Below, in pieces: positions 11,800 through 26,400 of a stretch of DNA of 64,000 nucleotides (position 1 is the stretch's first letter; each line of letters begins with the position of its first letter). The notes beneath the pieces were generated by a model. It was not told the origin of the DNA, ran no database searches, and was given only the letters and a program-made list of their open reading frames with translations. The stretch spans positions 64,294,001 through 64,358,000 of the forward strand of contig OZ024745.1 in assembly GCA_964016885.1 (NCBI GenBank). Direction: 5' to 3'. The stretch is from Eledone cirrhosa. Its lineage: Eukaryota. The position numbers were made by a program, and so were the translations under genes.

Positions 11800-14700
11800 C
11801 TAAAAAAACGGGGCACCCAAATAAAAAACGGACCCACCCATAAAAAAGGGGCATCCAAATAAAAAACGGGTCACCCAAATAAAAAACGGAATCCCCCATA
11901 AAAAAACGGACCCACCCAAATAAAAAACAGGGCACCCAAATAAAAAACAGGGCACCCAAATAAAAAACGGACACCCTATAAAAAAACGGGGCACCCAAAT
12001 AAAAAATGGGGCACCCAAATAAAAAACGGAGCCACACATAAAAAAGGGGCACCCAAATAAAAAACGGGTCACCCAAATAAAAAACGGAATCCCCCATAAA
12101 AAAACGGGGCACCCAAATAAAAAAGGACCCCGCATAAAAAAATGGGGCACCCAAATAAAAAACGGGGCACCGAAATAAAAAACGGGGCACCGAAATAAAA
12201 ATCGCCCACCCCTAAAAAAACGGGGCACCCAAATAAAAAACGGGGCACCCAAATAAAAAACGGGGCACCCAAATAAAAAACGGACCCACCCATAAAAAAG
12301 GGGCACCCAAATAAAAAACGGGTCACCCAAATAAAAAACGGAATCCCCCATAAAAAAACGGGGCACCCAAATAAAAAACGGGGCATCCAAATAAAAAACG
12401 GACCGCCCAAATAAAAAACGGGGCACCCAAATAAAAAAGGGGCTCCCAAATAAAAAACGGACGCCCCCATAAAAAAACAGGGCACCCAAATAAAAAACGG
12501 ACCCCCCATAAAAAACGGGGCATCCAAATAAAAAACGGACCCCCCATAAAAAAACGGGGCACCCAAATAAAAAACGGAGCACCCATAAAAAAACGGGGCC
12601 CCCAAATAAAAAACGGGGCATCCAAAAAAAAAACGGGGCACTCAAATAAAAAACGGGGCACTCAAATAAAAAACGGGGCACCCAAATAAAAAACGGGCCC
12701 CCCCTATAAAAAAACGGGGCACCCAAATAAAAAACGGACCCCCCATAAAGAAACGGGGCACCCAAGTAAGAAACGGACTCCCCCATAAATAAATGGGGCA
12801 CCCAAATAAAAAACGTGGCACCCAAATAAAAAATGGACCCCCCCATGAAAAACAGGGCACCCAAATAAAAAACGGGGCATCCAAATAAAAAACGGACCCC
12901 CCCATAAAAAAACGGGGCACCCTAATAAAAAACGGACACCCCCATAAAAAACGGGGCACGCAAATAAAAAACGGACTCCCCATAAAAAAATGGGGCACCC
13001 AAATAAAAAACGGGGCACCCGAATAAAAAACGAATTCCCCTATAAAAAAACGGGACACCCAAATAAAAAACGGACCCCCCAATAAAAAACGGGGCACCCA
13101 AATAAAAAACGGACCCCCCCATAAAAACGGGACACAGAAATAAAAAACGGGGCACCGAAATAAAAAACGGGGCACCGAAATAAAAAACGCCCACCCCTAA
13201 AAAAACGGGGCACCCAAATAAAAAACGGGGCACCCAAATAAAAAACGGGGCACCCAAATAAAAAAAGGGGCACCCAAATAAAAAAAGGGGCACCAAAATA
13301 AAAAAGGGGCACCCAAATAAAAAAAGGACCCCACATAAATAAATGGGGCACCCAAATAAAAAACGGGGTACCCAAATAAAAAACGGACCCCCCCCCATAA
13401 AAAAACGGGGCACCCAAATAAAAAACGGACCCCCCCATAAAAAAACGGGGCACCCAAATAAAAAACGGGGTACCCAAATAAAAATCGGGGCACCCAAATA
13501 AAAAACGGACCGCCCCATAAAAAAATGGAGCACCCAAATAAAAAATGGACCCCCCATAAAAAACAGGGCATCCAAATAAAAAACGGACCACCCCATAAAA
13601 AAACCGGGGCACCCAGATAAAAAACGGAGCACCCATAAAAAAACGGGTCTCCCAAATAAAAAACGGGGCATCCAAATAAAAAACGGACCCCCCCTATAAA
13701 AAAACGGGGCACTCAAATAAAAAACGGGGCACCCAAATAAAAAACGGACCCCCCTATAAAAAAAGGGGGCACCCAAATAAAAAACGGACCCCCATAAAAA
13801 AACGGGGCACCCAAATAAAAAACGGACCCCCCATAAAAAAACGGGACACCCAAATAAAAAACGGGGCACCCAAATATAAAACGGACCCCCCCATGAAAAA
13901 CGGGGCACCCAAATAAAAAACTGGGCACCCAAATAAAAAACGGACCCACCCATAAAAAAGGGGCACTCAAATACAAAACGGGTCACCCAAATAAAAAACG
14001 GGGCACCCAAATATAAAACGGACCCCCCCATGAAAAATGGGGCACCCAAATAAAAAACGGGGCATCCAAATAAAAAACGGACCTCCCAAATGAAAAACGG
14101 GGCACCCAAATAAAAAAAGGGGCTCCCAAATAAAAAACGGTCTCCCCATAAACAAACGGGGCACCCAAATAAAAAACGTGAAACCCAAATAAAAAATGGA
14201 CCACCCCATAAAAAACGGGGCACCCAAATAGAAAACGGGGCAGCCAAATAAAAAACGGACCACCCATAAAAAAACCCGGACACCCAAATAAAAAACAGAC
14301 CCCCTCATTAAAAAACGGGGCACACAAATAAAAAACGGACCCCCCATAAAATAACGGGGCACCCAAATAAAAAACGGGTCACCCAAATAAAAAACGGGGC
14401 CCCCAAATAAAAAACGGACCCCCCATAAAAAACGGGGCATCCAAATAAAAAACGGACCCCCCATAAAAAAACGGGGCACCCAAATAAAAAACGGGGCACC
14501 CAAATAAAAAACGGACCCCCCATAAAAAAACGGGGTACCCAAATAAAAAAACGGGGTAACCAAATAAAAAACGGACCCCCCCATAAAAAAAACGGGGCAC
14601 CTAAATAAAAAACGGACACCCCCCCATAAAAAAACGGGGCACCCAAATAAAAAACGGACCCCCCATAAAAAACGGGGCAACCATATTAGAAACGGACCCC

Positions 14701-17700
14701 AACCATAAAAAAATTGGGTACACAAATAAAAACCGGGGTACCCAAATAAAAAACGGACCCCCCCCATAAAAAAACGAGGCACCCAAATAAAAAACAGGTT
14801 ACCCAAATAAAAAACGGGGCACCCAAATAAAAAACGGACCCCCATAAAAAAACGGGGCACCCAAATAAAAAACGGACCCCAACCATAAAAAAACGGGGCA
14901 CCCAAATAAAGAACGGGGTACCCAAATAAAAAACGGGGCACCCAAATAAAAAACGGGGTACCCAAATAAAAAACGGGGCACCCAAATAAAAAACGGGGCA
15001 CCCAAATAAATAACCGGGTACCCTAATAAAAAACGGGGCACCCAAATAAAAAATGGGGTACCCAATTAAAAAACGGACCCCCCATAAAAAAACGGGGTAC
15101 CCAAATAAAAAACGGGGTACCCAAATAAAAAACGTGGCACCCAAATAAAAAACGGTGCACCCAAATGAAAAACGGACCCCCCCATAAAAAAACGGGGCAC
15201 CCAAATAAAAAACGGGGTACCCAAATAAAAAACGCCCCCCCCATAAAAAAACTGGGCACCCAAATAAAAAACGGGGTACCCAAATAAAAAACGCCCCCCC
15301 CATAAAAAAACGGGGTACCCAAATAAAAAACGGCGCACCCAAATAAAAAACGGACCCCCCCATAAAAACACGGGGCACCCAAATAAAAAACGGGGTACCC
15401 AAATAAAAAACGGACCCCCTCATAAAAAACGGGGCACCCAAATAAAAAACGGACCCCCGCATAAAAAAACGGTGCACCCAAATAAAAAACGGACCCCCAC
15501 CATAAAAACACGGGGCACCCAAATAAAAAACGGACCCCCCATAAAAAAACGGACCCCCCATAAAAAAACGGGGTACCCAAATAAAAAACGGACCCCCCAT
15601 AAAAAAACGGGGCACCCAAATAAAAAACGGACCCCGCATAAAAAACGGTGCACCCAAATAAAAAACGGACCCCCCACCATAAAAACACGGGGCACCCAAA
15701 TAAAAAACGGACCCCCCATAAGAAAAAAGGTGTACCCAAACAAAAAACGGACGCTCCCATAAAAGAACGGGGCACCCAAAAAAAAAACAGGGTACCCAAA
15801 TAAAAAACGGGGCACCCAAATAAAAGACGGACGTCTCCATAAAAAAACGGGGCACCCAAATAAAAAACGGACCCCCCATAAAAAAACGGGGTACCCAAAT
15901 AAAAAACGGGGTAACCAAATAAAAAACGGACCCCCCCATAAAAAAAACGGGGCACCTAAATAAAAAAGGACACCCCCCCATAAAAAAACGGGGCACCCAA
16001 ATAAAAAACGGGGTACCCAAATAAAAAACGGACCCCCCCATAAAAAAACGGGGCACCTAAATAAAAAACGGACCCCCCCATAAAAAAACGGGGCACCCAA
16101 ATAAAAAACGGGGTACCCAAATAAAAAACGCCCCCCCATAAAAAAACTGGGCACCCAAATAAAAAACGGGGTACCCAAATAAAAAACGGGGTACCCAAAT
16201 AAAAAACGCCCCCCCATAAAAAAACAGGGTACCCAAATAAAAAACGGGGCACCCAAATAAAAAACGGACCCCCCGTAAAACAACGGGGCACCCAAATAAA
16301 AAACGGGGTACCCAAATAAAAAACGGACCCCCTCAAAAAACGGGGCACCCAAATAAAAACGGACCCCCGCATAAAAAAACGGTGCACCCAAATAAAAAAC
16401 GGACCCCCACCATAAAAACACGGGGCACCCAAATAAAAAACGGACCCCCCATAAAAAAACGGGGTACCCAAATAAAAAACGGACCCCCCCATAAAAAAAC
16501 GGGGCACCCAAATAAAAAACGGACCCCCGCATAAAAAAACGGTGCACCCAAATAAAAAACGGACCCCCCACCATAAAACACGGGGCACCCAAATAAAAAA
16601 CGGACCCCCCATAAACAAACGGGGCACCCAAATAAAAAACGGGGTACCCAAATAAAAAACGGACCCCCCCGTAAAAAAAGGGGCACCCAAATAAAAAACG
16701 GGGTACCCAAATAAAAAACGGGGCACCCAAATAATAAACGGGGCACCCAAATAAAAAGTGGACCCCCCCATAAAAAACGGGGCACCCAAATAAAAAACGG
16801 ACCCCCCCATAAGAAAAAAGGTGTACCCAAACAAAAAACGGACGCTCCCATAAAAAAACGGGGCACCCAAATAAAAAACAGGGTACCCAAATAAAAAACG
16901 GGGCACCCAAATAAAAAACGGACCTCCCCCATAAAAAAACGGGGCACCCAAATAAAAAACGGGTCACCCAAATAAAAAACGGAATCCCCCATAAAAAAAC
17001 GGACCCACCCAAACAAAAAACAGGGCACCCAAATAAAAAACAGGGCACCCAAATAAAAAACGGACACCCCATAAAAAAACGGGGAACCCAAATAAAAAAT
17101 GGGGCACCCAAATAAAAAACGGAGCCACCCATAAAAAAGGGGCACCCAAATAAAAAACGGGTCACCCAAATAAAAAACGGGTCACCCAAATAAAAAACGG
17201 AATCCCCCATAAAAAAACGGGGCACCCAAATAAAAAAGGACCCCGCATAAAAAAATGGGGCACCCAAATAAAATACGGGGCACCGAAATAAAAAACGGGG
17301 CACCGAAATAAAAAACGCCCACCCCTAAAAAAACGGGGCACCCAAATAAAAAACGGGGCACCCAAATAAAAAACGGACCCCCCATAAAAAAACAGGGCAC
17401 CCAAATAAAAAACGGACCCCCCATAAAAAACGGGGCATCCAAATAAAAAACGGACCCCCCATAAAAAAACGGGGCACCCAAATAAAAAACGGAGCACCCA
17501 TAAAAAAACGGGGCCCCTAAATAAAAAACGGGGCATCCAAAAAAAAAACGGGGCACTCAAATAAAAAACGGGGCACTCAAATAAAAAACGGGGCACCCAA
17601 ATAATAAACGGACCCCCCATAAAGAAACGGCGCACCCAAGTAAAAAACGGAATCCCCCATAAATAAATGGGGCACCCAAATAAAAAACGGGGCACCCAAA

Positions 17701-20700
17701 TAAAAAACGGACCCCCCCTATAAAAAAAGGGGGCACCCAAATAAAAAACGGACCCCCATAAAAAAACGGGGCACCCAAATAAAAAACGGACCCCCCATAA
17801 AAAAACGGGACACCCAAATAAAAAACGGGGCACCCAAATAAAAAACGGACCCCCCCTAAAAAAACGGGTCACCCAAATAAAAAACTGGGCACGCAAATAA
17901 AAAACGGACCCACCCATAAAAAAGGGGCATCCAAATAAAAAACGGGTCACCCAAATAAAAAACGGAATCCCCCATAAAAAAACGGACCCACCCAAATAAA
18001 AAACAGGGCACCCAAATAAAAAACAGGGCACCCAAATAAAAAACGGACACCCTATAAAAAAACGGGGCACCCAAATAAAAAATGGGGCACCCAAATAAAA
18101 AACGGAGCCACCCATAAAAAAGGGGCACCCAAATAAAAAACGGGTCACCCAAATAAAAAACGGAATCCCCCATAAAAAAACGGGGCACCCAAATAAAAAA
18201 GGACCCCGCATAAAAAAATGGGGCACCCAAATAAAAAACGGGGCACCGAAATAAAAAACGGGGCACCCAAATAAAAAACGGGGCACCCAAATAAAAAACG
18301 GACCCACCCATAAAAAAGGGGCACCCAAATAAAAAACGGGTCACCCAAATAAAAAACGGAATCCCCCATAAAAAAACGGGGCACCCAAATAAAAAACGGG
18401 GCATCCAAATAAAAAACGGACCGCCCAAATAAAAAACGGGGCACCCAAATAAAAAAGGGGCTCCCAAATAAAAAACGGACGCCCCCATAAAAAAACAGGG
18501 CACCCAAATAAAAAACGGACCCCCCATAAAAAACGGGGCATCCAAATAAAAAACGGACCCCCCATAAAAAAACGGGGCACCCAAATAAAAAACGGAGCAA
18601 CCATAAAAAAACGGGGCCCCCAAATAAAAAACGGGGCATCCAAAAAAAAAACGGGGCACTCAAATAAAAAACGGGGCACTCAAATAAAAAACGGGGCACC
18701 CAAATAAAAAACGGACCCCCCCTATAAAAAAACGGGGCACCCAAATAAAAAACGGACCCCCCATAAAGAAACGGGGCACCCAAGTAAGAAACGGACTCCC
18801 CCATAAATAAATGGGGCACCCAAATAAAAAACGTGGCACCCAAATAAAAAATGGACCCCCCCATGAAAAACAGGGCACCCAAATAAAAAACGGGGCATCC
18901 AAATAAAAAACGGACCCCCCCATAAAAAAACGGGGCACCCTAATAAAAAACGGACACCCCCATAAAAAACGGGGCACGCAAATAAAAAACGGACTCCCCA
19001 TAAAAAAATGGGGCACCCAAATAAAAAACGGGGCACCCGAATAAAAAACGAATTCCCCTATAAAAAAACGGGGCACCCAAATAAAAAACGGACCCCCCAA
19101 TAAAAAACGGGGCACCCAAATAAAAAACGGACCCCCCCATAAAAACGGGACACAGAAATAAAAAAACGGGGCACCGAAATAAAAAACGGGGCACCGAAAT
19201 AAAAAACGCCCACCCCTAAAAAAAGGGGCACCCAAATAAAAAACGGGGCACCCAAATAAAAAACGGGGCACCCAAATAAAAAAAGGAGCACCCAAATAAA
19301 AAAAGGGGCACCAAAATAAAAAAGGGGCACCCAAATAAAAAAAGGACCCCACATAAATAAATGGGGCACCCAAATAAAAAACGGGGTACCCAAATAAAAA
19401 ACGGACCCCCCCCATAAAAAAACGGGGCACCCAAATAAAAAACGGACCCCCCCATAAAAAAACGGGGCACCCAAATAAAAAACGGGGTACCCAAATAAAA
19501 ATCGAGGCACCCAAATAAAAAACGGACCCCCCCATAAAAAAACCGGGCACCCAAATAAAAAACGGACCCCCCCATAAAAAAACGGGGCACCCAAATAAAA
19601 AACGGGGCACCCAAATAAAAAACGGACCGCCCCATAAAAAAATGGGGCACCCAAATAAAAAATGGACCCCCCCATAAAAAACAGGGCATCCAAATAAAAA
19701 ACGGACCACCCCATAAAAAAACCGGGGCACCCAGATAAAAAACGGAACACCCATAAAAAAACGGGTCTCCCAAATAAAAAACGGGGCATCCAAATAAAAA
19801 ACGGACCCCCCCATAAAAAAACGGGGCACTCAAATAAAAAACGGGGCACCCAAATAAAAAACGGACCCCCCTATAAAAAAAGGGGGCACCCAAATAAAAA
19901 ACGGACCCCCATAAAAAAACGGGGCACCCAAATAAAAAACGGACACCCCATAAAAAAACGGGACACCCAAATAAAAAACGGGGCACCCAAATATAAAACG
20001 GACCCCCCCATGAAAAACGGGGCACCCAAATAAAAAACTGGGCACCCAAATAAAAAACGGACCCACCCATAAAAAAGGGGCACTCAAATACAAAACGGGT
20101 CACCCAAATAAAAAACGGAATGCCCCATAAAAAAATGGTGCACCCAAATAAAAAACGGGGCATCCAAATAAAAAACGGACCTCCCAAATGAAAAACGGGG
20201 CACCCAAATAAAAAAAGGGGCTCCCAAATAAAAAACGGTCTCCCCATAAACAAACGGGGCACCCAAATAAAAAACGTGAAACCCAAATAAAAAATGGACC
20301 ACCCCATAAAAAACGGGGCACCCAAATAGAAAACGGGGCAGCCAAATAAAAAACGGACCACCCATAAAAAAACCCGGACACCCAAATAAAAAAACAGACC
20401 CCCTCATTAAAAAACGGGGCACCCAAATAAAAAACGGACCCCCCATAAAATAACGGGGCACCCAAATAAAAAACCGGGTCACCCAAATAAAAAACGGGGC
20501 CCCCAAATAAAAAACGGACCCCCCATAAAAAACGGGGCATCCAAATAAAAAACGGACCCCCCCATAAAAAAACGGGGCACCCAAATAAAAAACGGGGCAC
20601 CCAAATAAAAAACGGACCCCCCATAAAAAAACGGGGTACCCAAATAAAAAAACGGGGTAACCAAATAAAAAACGGACCCCCCCATAAAAAAAACGGGGCA

Positions 20701-23450
20701 CCTAAATAAAAAACGGACACCCCCCCATAAAAAAACGGGGTACCCAAATAAAAAACGGGGTACCCAAATAAAAAACGGACCCCCCATAAAAAAACGGGGC
20801 AACCATATTAGAAACGGACCCCAACCATAAAAAAATGGGGTACCCAAATAAAAACCGGGGTACCCAAATAAAAAACGGACCCCCCCATAAAAAAACGAGG
20901 CACCCAAATAAAAAACAGGTTACCCAAATAAAAAACGGGGCACCCAAATAAAAAACGGACCCCCATAAAAAAACGGGGCACCCAAATAAAAAACGGACAC
21001 CCCCCCATAAAAAAACGGGGCAACCAAATAAAAAACGGACCCCAACCATAAAAAAACGGGGCACCCAAATAAAGAACGGGGTACCCAAATAAAAAACGGG
21101 GCACCCAAATAAAAAACGGGGTACCCAAATAAAAAACGGGGCACCCAAATAAAAAACGGGGCACCCAAATAAATAACCGGGTACCCTAATAAAAAACGGG
21201 GCACCCAAATAAAAAATGGGGTACCCAATTAAAAAACGGACCCCCCATAAAAAAACGGGGTACCCAAATAAAAAAACGGGGTACCCAAATAAAAAACGGG
21301 GCACACAAATAAAAAACGGTGCACCCAAATAAAAAACGGACCCCCCCATAAAAAACGGGGCACCCAAATAAAAAACGGGGTACCCAAATGAAAAACGGAC
21401 CCCCCCATAAAAAAACGGGGCACCCAAATAAAAAACGGGGTACCCAAATAAAAAACGCCCCCCCCATAAAAGAACCGGGCACCCAAATAAAAAACGGGGT
21501 ACCCAAATATAAAACGCCCCCCCCCATAAAAAAACGGGGTACCCAAATAAAAAACGGGCCCCCGCATAAAAAAACGGTGCACCCAAATAAAAAACGGGGT
21601 ACCCAAATAAAAAACGGACCCCCTCATAAAAAACGGGGCACCCAAATAAAAAACGGGCCCCCGCATAAAAAAACGGTGCACCCAAATAAAAAACGGACCC
21701 CCACCATAAAAACACGGGGCACCCAAATAAAAAACGGACCCCCCATAAAAAAACGGGGTACCCAAATAAAAAACGGACCCCCCATAAAAAAACGGGGCAC
21801 CCAAATAAAAAACGGACCCCCGCATAAAAAAACGGTGCACCCAAATAAAAAACGGACCCCCCACCATAAAAACACGGGGCACCCAAATAAAAAACGGACC
21901 CCCCATAAGAAAAAAGGTGTACCCAAACAAAAAACGGACGCTCCCATAAAAAAACGGGGCACCCAAATAAAAAACAGGGTACCCACATAAAAAACGGGGC
22001 ACCCAAATAAAAGACGGACGTCTCCATAAAAAAACGGGGCACCCAAATAAAAAACGGACCCCCCATAAAAGAACGGGGTACCCAAATAAAAAACGGGGTA
22101 ACCAAATAAAAAACGGACCCCCCCCATAAAAAAAACGGGGCACCTAAATAAAAAAGGACACCCCCCCATAAAAAAACGGGGCACCCAAATAAAAAACGGG
22201 GTACCCAAATAAAAAACGGACCCCCACCATAAAAACACGGGGCACCCAAATAAAAAACGGACCCCCCATAAAAAAACGGACCCCCCATAAAAAAACGGGG
22301 TACCCAAATAAAAAACGGACCCCCCCATAAAAAAACGGGGCACCCAAATAAAAAAAGGTGTACCCAAACAAAAAACGGACGCTCCCATAAAAAAACGGGG
22401 CACCCAAATAAAAAACAGGGTACCCAAATAAAAAACGGGGCACCCAAATAAAAAACGGACCCCCCCCCCATAAAAAAACGGGGCACCCAAATAAAAAACG
22501 GGTCACCCAAATAAAAAACGGAATCCCCCATAAAAAAACGGACCCACCCAAACAAAAAACAGGGCACCCAAATAAAAAACAGGGCACCCAAATAAAAAAC
22601 GGACACCCCATAAAAAAACGGGGCACCCAAATAAAAAATGGGGCACCCAAATAAAAAACGGACCCACCCATAAAAAAGGGGCACCCAAATAAAAAACGGG
22701 TCACCCAAATAAAAAACGGAATCCCCCATAAAAAAACGGGGCACCCAAATAAAAAAGGACCCCGCATAAAAAAATGGGGCACCGAAATAAAAAACGGGGC
22801 ACCGAAATAAAAAACGGGGCACCGAAATAAAAAACGCCCACCCCTAAAAAAACGGGGCACCCAAATAAAAAACGGGGCACCCAAATAAAAAACGGGGCAC
22901 CCAAATAAAAAACGGGGCACCCAAATAAAAAACGGGGCACCCAAATAAAAAACGGACCCACCCATAAAAAAGGGGCACCCAAATAAAAAACGGGTCACCC
23001 AAATAAAAAACGGAATCCCCCATAAAAAAACGGGGCACCCAAATAAAAAACGGGGCATCCAAATAAAAAACGGACCGCCCAAATAAAAAACGGGGCACCC
23101 AAATAAAAAAGGGGCTCCCAAATAAAAAACGGACCCCCCATAAAAAAACAGGGCACCCAAATAAAAAACGGACCCCCATAAAAAACGGGGCATCCAAATA
23201 AAAAACGGACCCCCCATAAAAAAACGGGGCACCCAAATAAAAAACGGAGCACCCATAAAAAAACGGGGCCCCCAAATAAAAAACGGGGCATCCAAAAAAA
23301 AAACGGGGCACTCAAATAAAAAACGGGGCACTCAAATAAAAAACGGGGCACCCAAATAATAAACGGACCCCCCATAAAGAAACGGGGCACCCAAGTAAAA
23401 AACGGAATCCCCCATAAATAAATGGGGCACCCAAATAAAAAACGTGGCAC
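11800..23450. repeat. ~6 kb higher-order duplication in satellite B (~11.8-17.7 kb and ~17.9-23.4 kb)
   Basis: GAATTC-containing variant at 13032 and 19050 (offset 6018). Matching ORF translations 12704..13018/18722..19036 (6018), 13713/19830 (6117) and 16964/22503 (5539) show the same variant order with monomer-block indels. Confidence 0.88.
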
Positions 23451-26400
23451 CCAAATAAAAAATGGACCCCCACATGAAAAACGGGGCACCCAAATAAAAA
23501 ACGGGGCATCCAAATAAAAAACGGAGCCCCCCATAAAAAAACGGGGCACCCTAATAAAAAACGGACACCCCCATAAAAAACGGGGCACGCAAATAAAAAA
23601 CGGACCCCCCCATAAAAAAACGAGGCACCCAAATAAAAAACAGGGTACCCAAATAAAAAACGGGGTACCCAAATAAAAAACGGGGCACCCAAATAAAAAA
23701 CGAACCCCCCCATAAAAAAACGGGGCACCCAAATAAAAAACGGGGCACCCAAATAAAAAAGGGGCTCCCAAATAAAAAACGGACCCCCCATAAAAAAACA
23801 GGGCACCCAAATAAAAAACGGACCCCCATAAAAAACGGGGCATCCAAATAAAAAACGGACCCCCCATAAAAAAACGGGGCACCCAAATAAAAAACGGAGC
23901 ACCCATAAAAAAACGGGGCCCCCAAATAAAAAACGGGGCATCCAAAAAAAAAACGGGGCACTCAAATAAAAAACGGGGCACTCAAATAAAAAACGGGGCA
24001 CCCAAATAATAAACGGACCCCCCATAAAGAAACGGGGCACCCAAGTAAAAAACGGAATCCCCCATAAATAAATGGGGCACCCAAATAAAAAACGTGGCAC
24101 CCAAATAAAAAATGGACCCCCACATGAAAAACGGGGCACCCAAATAAAAAACGGGGCATCCAAATAAAAAACGGAGCCCCCCATAAAAAAACGGGGCACC
24201 CTAATAAAAAACGGACACCCCCATAAAAAACGGGGCACGCAAATAAAAAACGGACCCCCCCATAAAAAAACGAGGCACCCAAATAAAAAACAGGGTACCC
24301 AAATAAAAAACGGGGTACCCAAATAAAAAACGGGGCACCCAAATAAAAAACGAACCCCCCCATAAAAAAACGGGGCACCCAAATAAAAAACGGGGCACCC
24401 AAATAAAAAACGGACCCCCCCTATAAAAAAACGGGGCACCCAAATAAAAAACGGACCCCCATAAAAAAACGGGGCACCCAAATAAAAAACGGACCCCCCC
24501 ATAAAAAAACGGGACACCCAAATAAAAAACGGGGCACCCAAATATAAAACGGACCCCCCCATGAAAAACGGGGCACCCAAATAAAAAACTGGGCACTCAA
24601 ATAAAAAACGGACCCACCCTATAAAAAAACGGGGCACCCAAATAATAAACGGACCCCCCATAAAGAAACGGGGCACCCAAGTAAAAAACGGAATCCCCCA
24701 TAAATAAATGGGGCACCCAAATAAAAAACGTGGCACCCAAATAAAAAATGGACCCCCCCATGAAAAACGGGGCACCCAAATAAAAAACGGGGCATCCAAA
24801 TAAAAAACGGACCCCCCCATAAAAAAACGGGGCACCCTAATAAAAAACGGACACCCCTAAAAAAACGGGGCACCCAAATAAAAAAAGAGGCACCCAAATA
24901 AAAAAAGGACCCCACATAAATAAATGGGGCACCCAAATAAAAAACGGGGTACCCAAATAAAAAACGGACCCCCCCATAAAAAAACGGGGCACCCAAATAA
25001 AAAACGGACCCCCATAAAAAAATGGGGCACCCAAATAAAAAACGGGGCACCCGAATAAAAAACGAATTCCCCTATAAAATAACGGGGCACCCAAATAAAA
25101 AACGGACCCCCCAATAAAAAAACGGGGCACCCAAATATAAAACGGGGCACAGAAATAAAAAACGGGGCACCGAAATAAAAAACGCCCACCCCTAAAAAAA
25201 CGGGGCACCCAAATAAAAAAAGAGGCACCCAAATAAAAAAAGGACCCCACATAAATAAATGGGGCACCCAAATAAAAAACGGGGTACCCAAATAAAAAAC
25301 GGACCCCCCCATAAAAAACGGGGCACCCAAATAAAAAACGGACCCCCATAAAAAAATGGGGCACCCAAATAAAAAACGGGGCACCCGAATAAAAAACGAA
25401 TTCCCCTATAAAAAAACGGGGCACCCAAATAAAAAACGGACCCCCCACCATAAAAACGGGACAACGAAATAAAAAACGGGGCACAGAAATAAAAAACGGG
25501 GCACCGAAATAAAAAACGCCCACCCCTAAAAAAACGGGGCACCCAAATAAAAAACGGGGTACCCAAATAAAAAACGGACCCCCCCGTAAAAAAAGGGGCA
25601 CCCAAATAAAAAACGGGGTACCCAAATAAAAAACGGGGCACCCAAATAATAAACGGGGCACCCAAATAAAAAGTGGACCCCCCCATAAGAAAAAAGGTGT
25701 ACCCAAACAAAAAACGGACGCTCCCATAAAAAAACGGGGCACCCAAATAAAAAACAGGGTACCCAAATAAAAAACGGGGCACCCAAATAAAAAACGGACC
25801 CCCCCCATAAAAAAACGGGGCACCCAAATAAAAAACGGGTCACCCAAATAAAAAACGGAATCCCCCATAAAAAAACGGACCCACCCAAACAAAAAACAGG
25901 GCACCCAAATAAAAAACAGGGCACCCAAATAAAAAACGGACACCCCATAAAAAAACGGGGCACCCAAATAAAAAATGGGGCACCCAAATAAAAAACGGAG
26001 CCACCCATAAAAAAGGGGCACCCAAATAAAAAACGGGTCACCCAAATAAAAAACGGAATCCCCCATAAAAGAACGGGGCACCCAAATAAAAAAGGACCCC
26101 GCATAAAAAAATGGGGCACCGAAATAAAAAACGGGGCACCGAAATAAAAAACGGGGCACCGAAATAAAAAACGCCCACCCCTAAAAAAACGGGGCACCCA
26201 AATAAAAAACGGGGCACCCAAATAAAAAACGGGGCACCCAAATAAAAAACGGACCCACCCATAAAAAAGGGGCACCCAAATAAAAAACGGGTCACCCAAA
26301 TAAAAAACGGAATCCCCCATAAAAAAACGGGGCACCCAAATAAAAAACGGGGCATCCAAATAAAAAACGGACCGCCCAAATAAAAAACGGGGCACCCAAA

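Noticed and set aside
13032-25064. A third copy of the 6-kb repeat implied by GAATTC spacing 6018 then 6014
   Set aside because: The 25064 site belongs to the ~2.5 kb repeat series and its downstream variant order differs. The similar spacing appears coincidental.
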